Part shown: one piece after another, positions 22,839 through 31,409 of the stretch
Layout: every line of letters starts with the position of its first letter
Position numbering within the stretch: the first letter of the stretch is position 1
Source: a virus
Virus record (IMG/VR): IMGVR_UViG_3300030613_000002
Location: 1-49,240 of that record
Strand: one strand, 5' to 3'
Length of the DNA stretch: 49,240 nt
The notes under the pieces: generated by a model
What the model saw: the letters and a program-made list of their open reading frames with translations, nothing else
Database searches by the model: none
Told to the model about the DNA's origin: nothing
Made by a program: the position numbers and the translations under genes

Positions 22839-24222
22839 GTGGAAGGGCGTCTCCATAGATGACGAGGTTCTGGCCGAGGTCAACAAGTTCGCATTGAAGT
22901 CTCTATCCTCCGAAGAGATTTGGGCGCGAAGGATGGTACTGGCAGGAGACGCACTGGATCGGGATTACGAGCGATTTTCCCCTGGGGTGTTGCGTCAATT
23001 CGCGGAGACATTGCCTGGGAAATCCTTTCTGGTAGGCCACGCGCATGATACCGCTGGCATTGCCCGTTACTTCAAAGCGGCAGTCAAGGGTAACAAGGCG
23101 GGCGAGAGGCGCCTAGAAGCCTATATTTACGGACTGCGCGGTGGCAATGGCATCGAGGCGAATATAGATGCTGGCATTTACCACTCCGTCAGCATCGGCT
23201 TTAAGGCCGAAAAGTTGCTATGCGACATCTGCGGCGCGAACATGCGCGAGACAATCTGCGAGCACTACCCTGGCAAAGAATACGATGGCAAGGTGGCGAC
23301 TGGCACTTGGGAGGGGAAGGCAGAAGCCCTTGAAGGCAGTCTTGTTTTCCTCGGTTCGCAGACCGGAGCGCAGTTCGTCAAGGTCGCCTACCGCGAGACT
23401 GAACAGGGGGTCAACGACTACGGCGAGAAAATCTGGGAAGAGACTGATGACTGGGTGCACCACCAGTTGAAGCCACCGGATTCTTTTGTGCGGCTCCGCT
23501 CTATGTGGTTATCTGCGAAAGACCGCATCCAGGCCAGGGTCGGTCCAGTCAAGAGCGATCCGGATGGCGGCACGAAGGTTCAGTCGCTGTTGTTCGAGAA
23601 GCCAAAATGGACGATAGAGAAGGCGAAAGCATGGATGCGCGAGCATCCTGAGGTTGGGAAGGCATTTAGGGACTCTATGCGAGTGGCGATGGCGGGGGTA
23701 TTGGGGGCCCGGAGTGGAGTTCGGGGGCCACAGTCAGTGTATGACGAGTTGGCCGCTCAATATCGTGAGTTCGGCGAGACACCGCCAGAGTGGGGAGTCT
23801 ATACTCAAAATACGCTGCGTAAGCGCTTTGATGACGTATGGGCGACCGTGAAATCGGTGTGCGATAATAAGGACGGTGAGGATGTGGAAAAGATTGAGGA
23901 ACTAGAGGGCAAGGTCGGCGAGTTGGAGGCCCAACTGAAAACTGCCACTGAGGAAGTGGGCAAGTTCAAGAGTGCCGCTGCGGAAGCGGAAGTGCTACGG
24001 GGCAGACTGATCGCCGAGATTATTGGCAAACTGACGGTTCTCGGATTGGAGAGCCTCTATGACGCAGCGACCTTGAATGGTCTGCCCGCCGAACGCCTGC
24101 TGAAAATATCCGAGGACATGAGCAAGAAGGTGGATGAGAGGTTCCCCCCGCCTGGCATAGTTCCGACGGCGGATCCGAAGAAGCAGCCCGCAAAAGACCT
24201 GCGGGCTTATCAACTGAGTTGA
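22801..24222 (+). CDS. prohead protease fused to a scaffold-like coiled coil
   Basis: N-terminal DRDYERFSPGVLRQFAETLPGKSFLVGHAHD resembles HK97-type prohead protease. C-terminal EKIEELEGKVGELEAQLKTATEEVGKFKSAAAEAE is a coiled coil. Confidence 0.65.
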   Translation: MEDKLVKTFDVPEWKGVSIDDEVLAEVNKFALKSLSSEEIWARRMVLAGDALDRDYERFSPGVLRQFAETLPGKSFLVGHAHDTAGIARYFKAAVKGNKAGERRLEAYIYGLRGGNGIEANIDAGIYHSVSIGFKAEKLLCDICGANMRETICEHYPGKEYDGKVATGTWEGKAEALEGSLVFLGSQTGAQFVKVAYRETEQGVNDYGEKIWEETDDWVHHQLKPPDSFVRLRSMWLSAKDRIQARVGPVKSDPDGGTKVQSLLFEKPKWTIEKAKAWMREHPEVGKAFRDSMRVAMAGVLGARSGVRGPQSVYDELAAQYREFGETPPEWGVYTQNTLRKRFDDVWATVKSVCDNKDGEDVEKIEELEGKVGELEAQLKTATEEVGKFKSAAAEAEVLRGRLIAEIIGKLTVLGLESLYDAATLNGLPAERLLKISEDMSKKVDERFPPPGIVPTADPKKQPAKDLRAYQLS

Positions 24223-24233
24223 GGTGATGTGAG

Positions 24234-24611
24234 ATGGCAAGCAGAGTTTTGAGTGGCGGGCCAGTATCCGGCCCGACGATGAGTGTGAGCGCAAAGTCCA
24301 CCTGGACGGATGCGGCAGTAGGCGACCTGGTGATTTTTGATACCGCCGCGAATTACAACGTGGACGAGTGCGCGGATGGGGAATTGCCCAACGGCAAAGT
24401 GACAGCCGTAGGCAAAGATGGCATGACCCTAACCATTGAACGGTTTGTGCCAGGCTCCATTGCGCGCCTCCTGCACGATACGGTGGCGCTTGGCGACGCG
24501 GTGAGCGCCGACAGGACAGCTGGGGCCGGCAAGGTGGACACCGATGCCGGTGGAATCGGAACCGTTGTGGCGATCAACATCGTGTCGGGTTACGCCGACA
24601 TCGCGTGGTAG
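24234..24611 (+). CDS. virion protein, possibly head decoration (by position)
   Basis: 125 aa, between the protease/scaffold and the capsid gene. Confidence 0.45.
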   Translation: MASRVLSGGPVSGPTMSVSAKSTWTDAAVGDLVIFDTAANYNVDECADGELPNGKVTAVGKDGMTLTIERFVPGSIARLLHDTVALGDAVSADRTAGAGKVDTDAGGIGTVVAINIVSGYADIAW

Positions 24612-24622
24612 TGGGGTGTGAG

Positions 24623-25657
24623 ATGAACATCAAAAAACTGAAACTCGAAAAGGAAATGTACCAGGAGGCCTGCAACAAGGGTCAGACCTTCGGGCAACTT
24701 CTGGAGGGAATGGACCCAAGCGAAGAATATGGGGATGGGCCACTGAGCAAATTGACTGCCGTTGAGCGACAGTTGGCGGCCCACGACATCCAGGTGAAGG
24801 GGCCAAGTGCGGATATCCTGCAGAAGTTCTTCGCCACAACCTCCTCGACGGTGCTCTTCCCTGACTACGTTGCGGCCCAAGTCCATGCAGGCATGATGGC
24901 TGCCAGTATTCTGCCAAGCCTTGTCGCCACGACCACCAACATAGACTCCCATACCTACAAGAAACTCAAGATGGCCGAGTCGGAAGCGCAGCGGCAGATG
25001 CACATCATGGGAGAGGGCGCAGTCATACCGACTACGAGCCTCACTCCTGCCGACCATGCAGTGAATCTCGTCAAGTTCGGGCGGATGCTTGAGGCTTCCT
25101 ACGAGGCCCTCCGCCTGCAACGCATCAACGTGGTCTCGGTTTTCTTGCAGCGGCTAGGGGCACAGATCGGCCTTGACGAGTCCGATTGGGCGATTGCCAC
25201 CATCATCAACGGCGACGGCAACAGCAACGCGCTGGTGGACATCGACTCCGAGGTTTCGGGCACTCTCGATTACGACGAGTTGGTGCGCCTCTGGATCGCG
25301 TTCGCCAACGGCTACAAACTTAACACCATCGTTGTCGGCGATGCTCTTCTGCGGATGCTACTGAACATGAACGAGTTCAAGGACCCGGATGCAGGATTCT
25401 CCTTCCAGCGCACGGGCGAATTGGTATCGCCGCTGGGGGCGAGCCTTGTTCAGTGGAGTTCCACCGCAGTCCTGCCAACCGATTACGTGCTCGGGGTGGA
25501 CAGACGCTTCGGGCTCGAGCAGATCACCGAGCAGGAAGTGACGACCGAGGTTGACCGTCTCATTGACCGGCAGTTGGAGCGGACGGCAGTTACAAAGTGG
25601 ACCGGCTTCGCCAAGCTCCACGACGCCGCGTTCCAGGCGATTGATGTAACGCATTAA
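24623..25657 (+). CDS. major capsid protein
   Basis: 344 aa, in the canonical position after protease/scaffold. Composition and length are typical of HK97-fold capsid proteins. Confidence 0.7.
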   Translation: MNIKKLKLEKEMYQEACNKGQTFGQLLEGMDPSEEYGDGPLSKLTAVERQLAAHDIQVKGPSADILQKFFATTSSTVLFPDYVAAQVHAGMMAASILPSLVATTTNIDSHTYKKLKMAESEAQRQMHIMGEGAVIPTTSLTPADHAVNLVKFGRMLEASYEALRLQRINVVSVFLQRLGAQIGLDESDWAIATIINGDGNSNALVDIDSEVSGTLDYDELVRLWIAFANGYKLNTIVVGDALLRMLLNMNEFKDPDAGFSFQRTGELVSPLGASLVQWSSTAVLPTDYVLGVDRRFGLEQITEQEVTTEVDRLIDRQLERTAVTKWTGFAKLHDAAFQAIDVTH

Positions 25658-25661
25658 GGCA

Positions 25662-25889
25662 GTGGGCCAGATACGGATCAGAGCAATTCGATCCACTCTG
25701 TCTGAACCTGGAGGGGCGCAGGTTGATGAGACGCCCCAACAGGTGGCAGACAGCGCGTTCTGGCGCGACATGATACGGCAGGGGCTCGCCGAAGAGATTC
25801 CGGTCGGCGAGTTCCTGACCGAACAGCGGAAAAAGGCGAAAGACGGGAACGACAAAATGGCAAAAGTGGCCGAGGATAAAGGCGGGTGA
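25662..25889 (+). CDS. hypothetical protein
   Basis: GTG start with a weak RBS. 75 aa. Confidence 0.4.
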   Translation: MGQIRIRAIRSTLSEPGGAQVDETPQQVADSAFWRDMIRQGLAEEIPVGEFLTEQRKKAKDGNDKMAKVAEDKGG

Positions 25890-25894
25890 GATAG

Positions 25895-27595
25895 ATGGGC
25901 GTCTATACATTTCTGACTCAAATCGTGCAGGCGATTGGCGATGCTACGATCCCTGGGGCGAAGCTGGCAAACGGCGCAATCAAGACGAAACTAACCGCGG
26001 AGGCTGACGGGAACAAACTCACGACTGCGGAGATGGCTGCGGCGGCGGCCATAACGAACGCACAGTTGGCAGGCAGCATCGCGGCAACAAAATTGGCAGG
26101 CAGTATCCCGGACAGCAAACTGACCCAGATAGTAACCGCAAGCAAGGTTTCGGGGGCAGCCCTGACGGAATTGGCCAGCGTCCCTGCTGGGGCGGGCATC
26201 CTACCGGTGGCCAATTTGGGAACCACCCCTGGGGCTGGGAAGTTCTTGGACGGCACCGGTGCGTTCAGCACTCCGGCGACTGATTTCGACACGGAGAAAG
26301 GTCTGCGGGGGTTTGTTGCTGACCAGATTCTATTACACGGGCGGACGGCATTAGGCGGGCAGTTGACCACATGGATCGGTTTCGCAAGCGCGTCGCGGTC
26401 GAAAATCTACGGCACTGCCGATTGCTCCGGCGGGAAAGACCTGGGTGGCGGGGCTGACACGATTATCGCCAATGCCGACGCCTTCGGTAACGAGACAGTC
26501 ACCTTCGGCGCTGGGGCGGCGGGCACGGCGACGAGCGGAGCCGCATTGAACACGGGGCGGTTCCTGATCGTTCTCGGCGACAATGACACATTGCCACTCG
26601 TCGAGGATACTGCCGGGCCAGTTGACGTTGTGGTGCTAGCGGGATTCTATGCGACAGGGAATGCCCTTGCTGCCGCGATCGCCACCGCGCTCACAAACAA
26701 TGCCACCTTGAACGGGATTTATGGGTGCGACTATGTAGAGGCAACGAACAAGTTCACCATTACTGCGGACATGACCTTCGCGATCCCCTGGACAACGGCG
26801 GATGGAGACGAGATAAGCGCTACGCTCGGGTTCACGGCGGATGACGCGGCGGCGGCGACTTATACGGCAGACGTGGCCGTTGTGTCCAACACCATCACGG
26901 GCGCCAATGATACTTTCACGATTGCCAAGAACGGCGGGGCAGGGACACTATGCACAGTTGCGGCGGGGAACCATGTTTCGCTTGCGGCAGTTGATACGGC
27001 AATCGAAACAGCGCTGACCGGCGCAGGCTTCACCGGCGTTGGGATTACCGTTGCGGGGAACAAGATCATCTTCACTTCGACGCAACTCGGCAGCGGTTCC
27101 GCTGTGCTACTGACCGCTGGGGCGACAGATTTCCTGCGGATGATTGATTGCCAGGCAGGGTCGGTGGCATATGTCGCCGGCACTGGCTGGGCAGCCAACG
27201 TAGCGGCAGCGAGTCTGGCGGAGATCATCGCCGAGATCAACCTTCAGCAAGTGGCTGGCCATTGGGATGCCGAGGCGGATGGAAACTATGTGCGGTTGGC
27301 ATCAAAAACGACTGGCGCGACTTCGACTCTTGTAATGGGGAACGGCGCGGCAAACGCCGACCTCGGTTTCACCAACACCGAAGGGGCGATTGGCAGAGCA
27401 TCTGCCGGCCTCGAGGCGATGGGTGATGCAAACTACCATGTCTTCCTGACGAGTCTGCATACCAGGGGCGGAACTTCGCCCGGGGCGATGCAGGTGTCCC
27501 AACAGGGCTTGCTCAATTCCGGCTTCGGGATACGGGTAACGACCGCGGCCAGTATTGAGAACGTGGACTGGATTGTCGTGGGGGCAGGCGCGTAG
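25895..27595 (+). CDS. Ala/Gly/Thr-rich structural protein (fiber-like)
   Basis: 566 aa. N-terminal reiterated xKLAGSIx segments. No functional motif recognised. Confidence 0.55.
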   Translation: MGVYTFLTQIVQAIGDATIPGAKLANGAIKTKLTAEADGNKLTTAEMAAAAAITNAQLAGSIAATKLAGSIPDSKLTQIVTASKVSGAALTELASVPAGAGILPVANLGTTPGAGKFLDGTGAFSTPATDFDTEKGLRGFVADQILLHGRTALGGQLTTWIGFASASRSKIYGTADCSGGKDLGGGADTIIANADAFGNETVTFGAGAAGTATSGAALNTGRFLIVLGDNDTLPLVEDTAGPVDVVVLAGFYATGNALAAAIATALTNNATLNGIYGCDYVEATNKFTITADMTFAIPWTTADGDEISATLGFTADDAAAATYTADVAVVSNTITGANDTFTIAKNGGAGTLCTVAAGNHVSLAAVDTAIETALTGAGFTGVGITVAGNKIIFTSTQLGSGSAVLLTAGATDFLRMIDCQAGSVAYVAGTGWAANVAAASLAEIIAEINLQQVAGHWDAEADGNYVRLASKTTGATSTLVMGNGAANADLGFTNTEGAIGRASAGLEAMGDANYHVFLTSLHTRGGTSPGAMQVSQQGLLNSGFGIRVTTAASIENVDWIVVGAGA

Positions 27596-28041
27596 TGGCA
27601 CTGACAACGGCAGCCGTAGTGATTTCGGAAGCCGCCCTGTGCAAAGAGCAGTTCCCTCTCACCCAGGCATTGGCGCGGACACAGGGGGAGTTCGAGGCGC
27701 TTGTGGCGGCACGAGTTGTCGAGGCTGCCGGCGAATTGAAACGCAGGGTTGGGGACACCAACTATGGGACGACCGACGCTGAGGACCTGATTGTGCTGAC
27801 GACTGCCGAGACATGTCTGGCAACGGGCAAACTGTTCAACACGATGACGAATATCATCGCTGCCTGGGATGCGGAAGTGCTCCCAAGCGAGTTGGTTGAC
27901 GGCGACCGGATCGCTGCGCAGCGGGATTGGTATTTTCAACGCTACAACGAATTGTCCGCTGACTTTGCGGTGGCTGATTCCGGCAGGGGCAACATGCCGA
28001 TTCTGATTGCGCGGGGGGCGCTGGTGGAGGTGGGGGCGTAA
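27595..28041 (+). CDS. head-tail connector candidate
   Basis: GTG overlaps the upstream TAG (TAGTG). 148 aa. Called from position. Confidence 0.5.
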   Translation: MALTTAAVVISEAALCKEQFPLTQALARTQGEFEALVAARVVEAAGELKRRVGDTNYGTTDAEDLIVLTTAETCLATGKLFNTMTNIIAAWDAEVLPSELVDGDRIAAQRDWYFQRYNELSADFAVADSGRGNMPILIARGALVEVGA

Positions 28042-28553
28042 TGAATATCGGGCCGCATGGCGCTGGTTACCTTCGCAGACATGGCAGTCGTTCTGAGCGG
28101 ATGGGCGGGGCTGGTGCCCTGACTGAGAAGTTTCAGAAGCGGGCGGCGAGGATACCAGCGGCAGCGAAGAAGGCATTGGATGAGGCGGCGGCGAAGTATT
28201 ACGGCTTCTGTCTGGCCGCCCTAGAGATGGGCGGTGTCGGCGGGGCTGTCTATGCCAATCCAGTGCCTCTGAGTAAGTCTGGCAGACCATTGTGGGACAG
28301 GACGGGCAAACTTCTAGAGAAGGAAATGCCGCCGGAAGAGGAATCGCCCTATGTGCGGAAGATCGTCAATGACGCAAGGCATGGGATTGTGCGCCATCGG
28401 ATGCCAGAATCCCTCCATGAGCAGGGAAAGAAGTGGAAGCATGGCGACCGCACCGACCATTGGCGATTGATTGCCGAAGAGAAGTTCAAGAAGGCTGGTG
28501 GACTTGTGGGGCCAGTGCAGATTCAGATACGACATCTTTTTCAGACAACTTAG
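28041..28553 (+). CDS. head-tail connector candidate
   Basis: TAATG overlap with the upstream gene. 170 aa. Confidence 0.5.
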   Translation: MNIGPHGAGYLRRHGSRSERMGGAGALTEKFQKRAARIPAAAKKALDEAAAKYYGFCLAALEMGGVGGAVYANPVPLSKSGRPLWDRTGKLLEKEMPPEEESPYVRKIVNDARHGIVRHRMPESLHEQGKKWKHGDRTDHWRLIAEEKFKKAGGLVGPVQIQIRHLFQTT

Positions 28554-28566
28554 GTGGTGGTGAAGA

Positions 28567-28956
28567 ATGAGATGGACCGGGAAACATGGAGTTGTTAATA
28601 TCGGCGGATACACTTTCGGTGATCTTCAGGATTGGGAATTGACGCTCACTGAACGCCAGGCAGACGTCACAGCACTTGAGGATTTCTATACACACCGAGC
28701 AGGTCTCGATAGAGATTGTAAGGTTACGGTGCGCAAGTTTGTCTCCAACAACTTCGCGATATTGCAGGGCGTCTTGGCATACGCTTATGGGCCTTTCCTG
28801 GTTCAACTGAGCTTTGGTCTCGGCACACCTATCTTCTTTGAAGCCAACATGTTTTTCGATAACTCGACATTCTCCAATCCTGACGGTGCAACCAACGAGA
28901 ATGTCAGTTTTGTCTTGGCGGAAGACCCAACGATTATACCTGCGCCAAACATCTAA
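28567..28956 (+). CDS. tail-associated protein
   Basis: 129 aa. Called from position. Confidence 0.5.
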   Translation: MRWTGKHGVVNIGGYTFGDLQDWELTLTERQADVTALEDFYTHRAGLDRDCKVTVRKFVSNNFAILQGVLAYAYGPFLVQLSFGLGTPIFFEANMFFDNSTFSNPDGATNENVSFVLAEDPTIIPAPNI

Positions 28957-28971
28957 GGGAGGTGACGACAA

Positions 28972-30327
28972 ATGCCAATCATAAGCGATTACAGACAGAT
29001 GGGGATTGCCGACCGCTTGGCGAAACTGATTGACGACCGGGATGCTCCTGGCGGAACCGACTTTGAGACCCGGGCCAGTCTATCAAACGACAACCAGGTG
29101 GAGAAATACTTCATCGGGTTGTCTGCTGGCAACGTCGCGAAACTTTTGGATGATGACATAACGGCTGGCGCTATGCCGACGAGTATGGGGACGCTGCTGA
29201 CTAGGCTCCAACAGCATTACTCCGAGATCGGTGGGACAGGATATGCGAGTCTGGCGGCTGCGCTGGCAACACGAGGGACGCGCTGGCATCGCAAGTTGGC
29301 AGCGGTGGCCTCCTCGTATGCGCTACCTGCAAAGTGGCAGTTTGATGATGAGGTGTCCCTGGGAACCTTTGCTTTTGGCGGGTCATTCGCGGCGGGCAGC
29401 AATCTTGATGCGGCAGTCGAAGCGGCGCGGGTGGTCTGTGAGGTCGGGCCTGGCGGGATAGGTGGCGGCGCCCCCTGGGTTCTCACCGTAACGGGGGTGT
29501 TGGGCGAACCTGCGAGCACACTGTCCGCGGCCATCACAGATGTCATCACCAGCATTGCGTTGAGCAGCGCGACCAGTTTCCCGTCCAGCGGGTGCATCCA
29601 GATCGAGTCGGAGCAGATTGACTACACCGGCAAGACAGGGGACACGCTGACGGGTTGCACGCGGGGAGCGAACGGCACGGCTAACGTGGCGCACTCTTCG
29701 GGGGTTGCGGTCTATGGGGTCGAGGATGTGGCAGTGAGTATGACGAACGGCTTGCTCGAAGGTGACCAGGTTGCTGTCAGCGGTCTTGGAGTAACGGGTC
29801 GTAGTCTGGAGGGGCAGGCGGTTGTGTTGATGAGTTCCACGACCGGATATGCCGCTGGGCAGGAAGTTTTGATCGTGGACAACGAATATGGGGTCAAGGT
29901 AGCGGCAGAGGCGGCCTCGGCGCAGGCGGACATCACCGTTGCGGAAGCGGATGCCTACATTCCTGGGGACACGATCACGATTCGGGATTCTGCCGCAACC
30001 GAAAACCTGACCATCCTGCGGATCAACTACGAGACGGACGTAATCACCTGCACAACGAATCTGGTCAACACTTACACGCTCGCGCAGGGGGCGATGATCT
30101 ACCGACAGACGGGCGCGGGCGTGGGATGGACGGAGAAGGGCACGATCCTCAGCGTGTCGGCGGGGGTGAGCATCACGCTGACCGCTGCCTTGAAGCACAG
30201 TTACTACGACAACGCAGACGTCTATCGGCTGTACCGTGATGTGACGGCAGTGGCAACGGCTTCGGGCGGAACCGCTGGGGATGACGTAATCGTCTATGCC
30301 GAACCGGATAGGGTGATAGCCTTATGA
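28972..30327 (+). CDS. major tail protein candidate (tube-like or sheath-like not determinable)
   Basis: Strong RBS TAAGGGAGGTGACGACAA. 451 aa. Two genes upstream of the chaperone pair. Confidence 0.55.
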   Translation: MPIISDYRQMGIADRLAKLIDDRDAPGGTDFETRASLSNDNQVEKYFIGLSAGNVAKLLDDDITAGAMPTSMGTLLTRLQQHYSEIGGTGYASLAAALATRGTRWHRKLAAVASSYALPAKWQFDDEVSLGTFAFGGSFAAGSNLDAAVEAARVVCEVGPGGIGGGAPWVLTVTGVLGEPASTLSAAITDVITSIALSSATSFPSSGCIQIESEQIDYTGKTGDTLTGCTRGANGTANVAHSSGVAVYGVEDVAVSMTNGLLEGDQVAVSGLGVTGRSLEGQAVVLMSSTTGYAAGQEVLIVDNEYGVKVAAEAASAQADITVAEADAYIPGDTITIRDSAATENLTILRINYETDVITCTTNLVNTYTLAQGAMIYRQTGAGVGWTEKGTILSVSAGVSITLTAALKHSYYDNADVYRLYRDVTAVATASGGTAGDDVIVYAEPDRVIAL

Positions 30328-30740
30328 GACAAGGACCAATATCGGGAGTGAGAGGATCTACCTACAAAGGGAGCGTGGACTCGCCTTCGGTCAACCCTTA
30401 TGGTGCCAAGATTGCAGCCAGTGGGGGATATGGCGCTGGAATGGCCGTGCAGACAGTTGCTGCGCGTGTGGCCCCGCCATTGCGTCCATCTGACATAGTG
30501 AAACCGGGTTGGATTAAGAACACGGGCCACAAGACGGTGAACGTGGAAGGTGTTGTCATCAAACCTGGTGAGGTTGCAGAACTTCCCACGACCAGGACTT
30601 TCGATGCCGCATTGAAACACCAAGACATAGAGCAGGCGACACCCGAGGAGTTACAGGGACAAGAGGCAGTTCGCAAAAACAAAGAGAAGGCCATCGAGAA
30701 ACCTGCGCCCATGTTGGAGGAACCGATTGAGATAGCCTGA
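30324..30740 (+). CDS. tail protein candidate
   Basis: ATGA overlap with the upstream gene. 138 aa. Confidence 0.5.
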   Translation: MRQGPISGVRGSTYKGSVDSPSVNPYGAKIAASGGYGAGMAVQTVAARVAPPLRPSDIVKPGWIKNTGHKTVNVEGVVIKPGEVAELPTTRTFDAALKHQDIEQATPEELQGQEAVRKNKEKAIEKPAPMLEEPIEIA

Positions 30741-30828
30741 AGAGCAGTTCGGGGCGATGGCTCTGGGGGGCGGGGGCTGGGGTGGCAAATCCGGGCTTTC
30801 GCCCTTTTGATTATAGGAGGAAAATCAA

Positions 30829-31278
30829 ATGACCGAGGGAACAGAAAACATGGAGGAGATCAAGGAAGTGGCTGAGGAGCCCAAGTGGGAGATATTCACC
30901 CGGGAGGATATTAAAGCGGTGAAAGTTCAATCGGTGCTGGTGCCCTTGTGGAATGGGAAATATGCCTGGGCACATGAGCCGACCATGAAACAGAAGGCCG
31001 ATTGGACGATGGCGGCGGCCCGCGGTGATGGCCGGTTGGATTTTGGCAAGTTCAACCTCGAAGCCTTTGTGGATATCATCAGGGATGGCCCAGGCGTGGA
31101 GGCGGAGCCGATATTCGACCGGCTGAAGGATTGGGGCTGGTTGGAGAAACAGAGCGCGGCTGTCATTGAGAACGCAGTTCAGGCGGCGCATGCGCTCGGA
31201 GTTCCCAACGAGAAGGCGCTTGAGGCGATGCGGGATTTTTTCGGCGAGACCCTCAAGGAGTTGAAGAGCGAGTCCTGA
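30829..31278 (+). CDS. tail assembly chaperone (G-like)
   Basis: TAGGAGGAAAATCAA precedes the ATG. 149 aa, acidic. Sits just upstream of the tape measure gene and contains a slippery site near its 3' end. Confidence 0.7.
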   Translation: MTEGTENMEEIKEVAEEPKWEIFTREDIKAVKVQSVLVPLWNGKYAWAHEPTMKQKADWTMAAARGDGRLDFGKFNLEAFVDIIRDGPGVEAEPIFDRLKDWGWLEKQSAAVIENAVQAAHALGVPNEKALEAMRDFFGETLKELKSES

Positions 31279-31409
31279 ACGAGTTCTGCCTGGAGCGGCT
31301 TCATCGTCTGCCCTGTGAGGTGAACGTGGCGAGTTCGCAGGTGTTCCGGGCAATCATAGCGAGCAGCGTGCATTCAGAAGAGGCGGAGAAGGCTAGAGAG
31401 ACACACTGA
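31236..31409 (+). other. -1 programmed frameshift extension (GT-like product)
   Basis: Slippery heptamer T_TTT_TTC at 31236..31242 in the zero frame (ga-T TTT TTC). I translated the -1 frame codon by codon: it is open for 57 codons and stops at the TGA at 31407..31409, which overlaps the tape measure ATG (TGATG). Confidence 0.7.

Noticed and set aside
20086-22886. Long minus-strand ORFs opposite the terminase and portal genes (20086..21189, 367 aa; 21771..22886, 371 aa)
   Set aside because: They have Pro/Arg/His-rich low-complexity translations, no RBS and no motifs, and lie exactly antisense to well-supported genes. This is typical of GC-rich genomes. The same reasoning applies to 27433..28290, 29383..30198, 35018..35710, 37349..38008 and 39578..40051.
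30762-30795. G-run (GGGGGGCGGGGGCTGGGGTGG) upstream of the chaperone gene as a G-quadruplex
   Set aside because: Only three clear G-tracts of at least 3 lie within standard loop limits. The fourth GGG is 10 nt away, so the motif is marginal compared with those at 16191..16215, 16791..16815 and 18119..18136.
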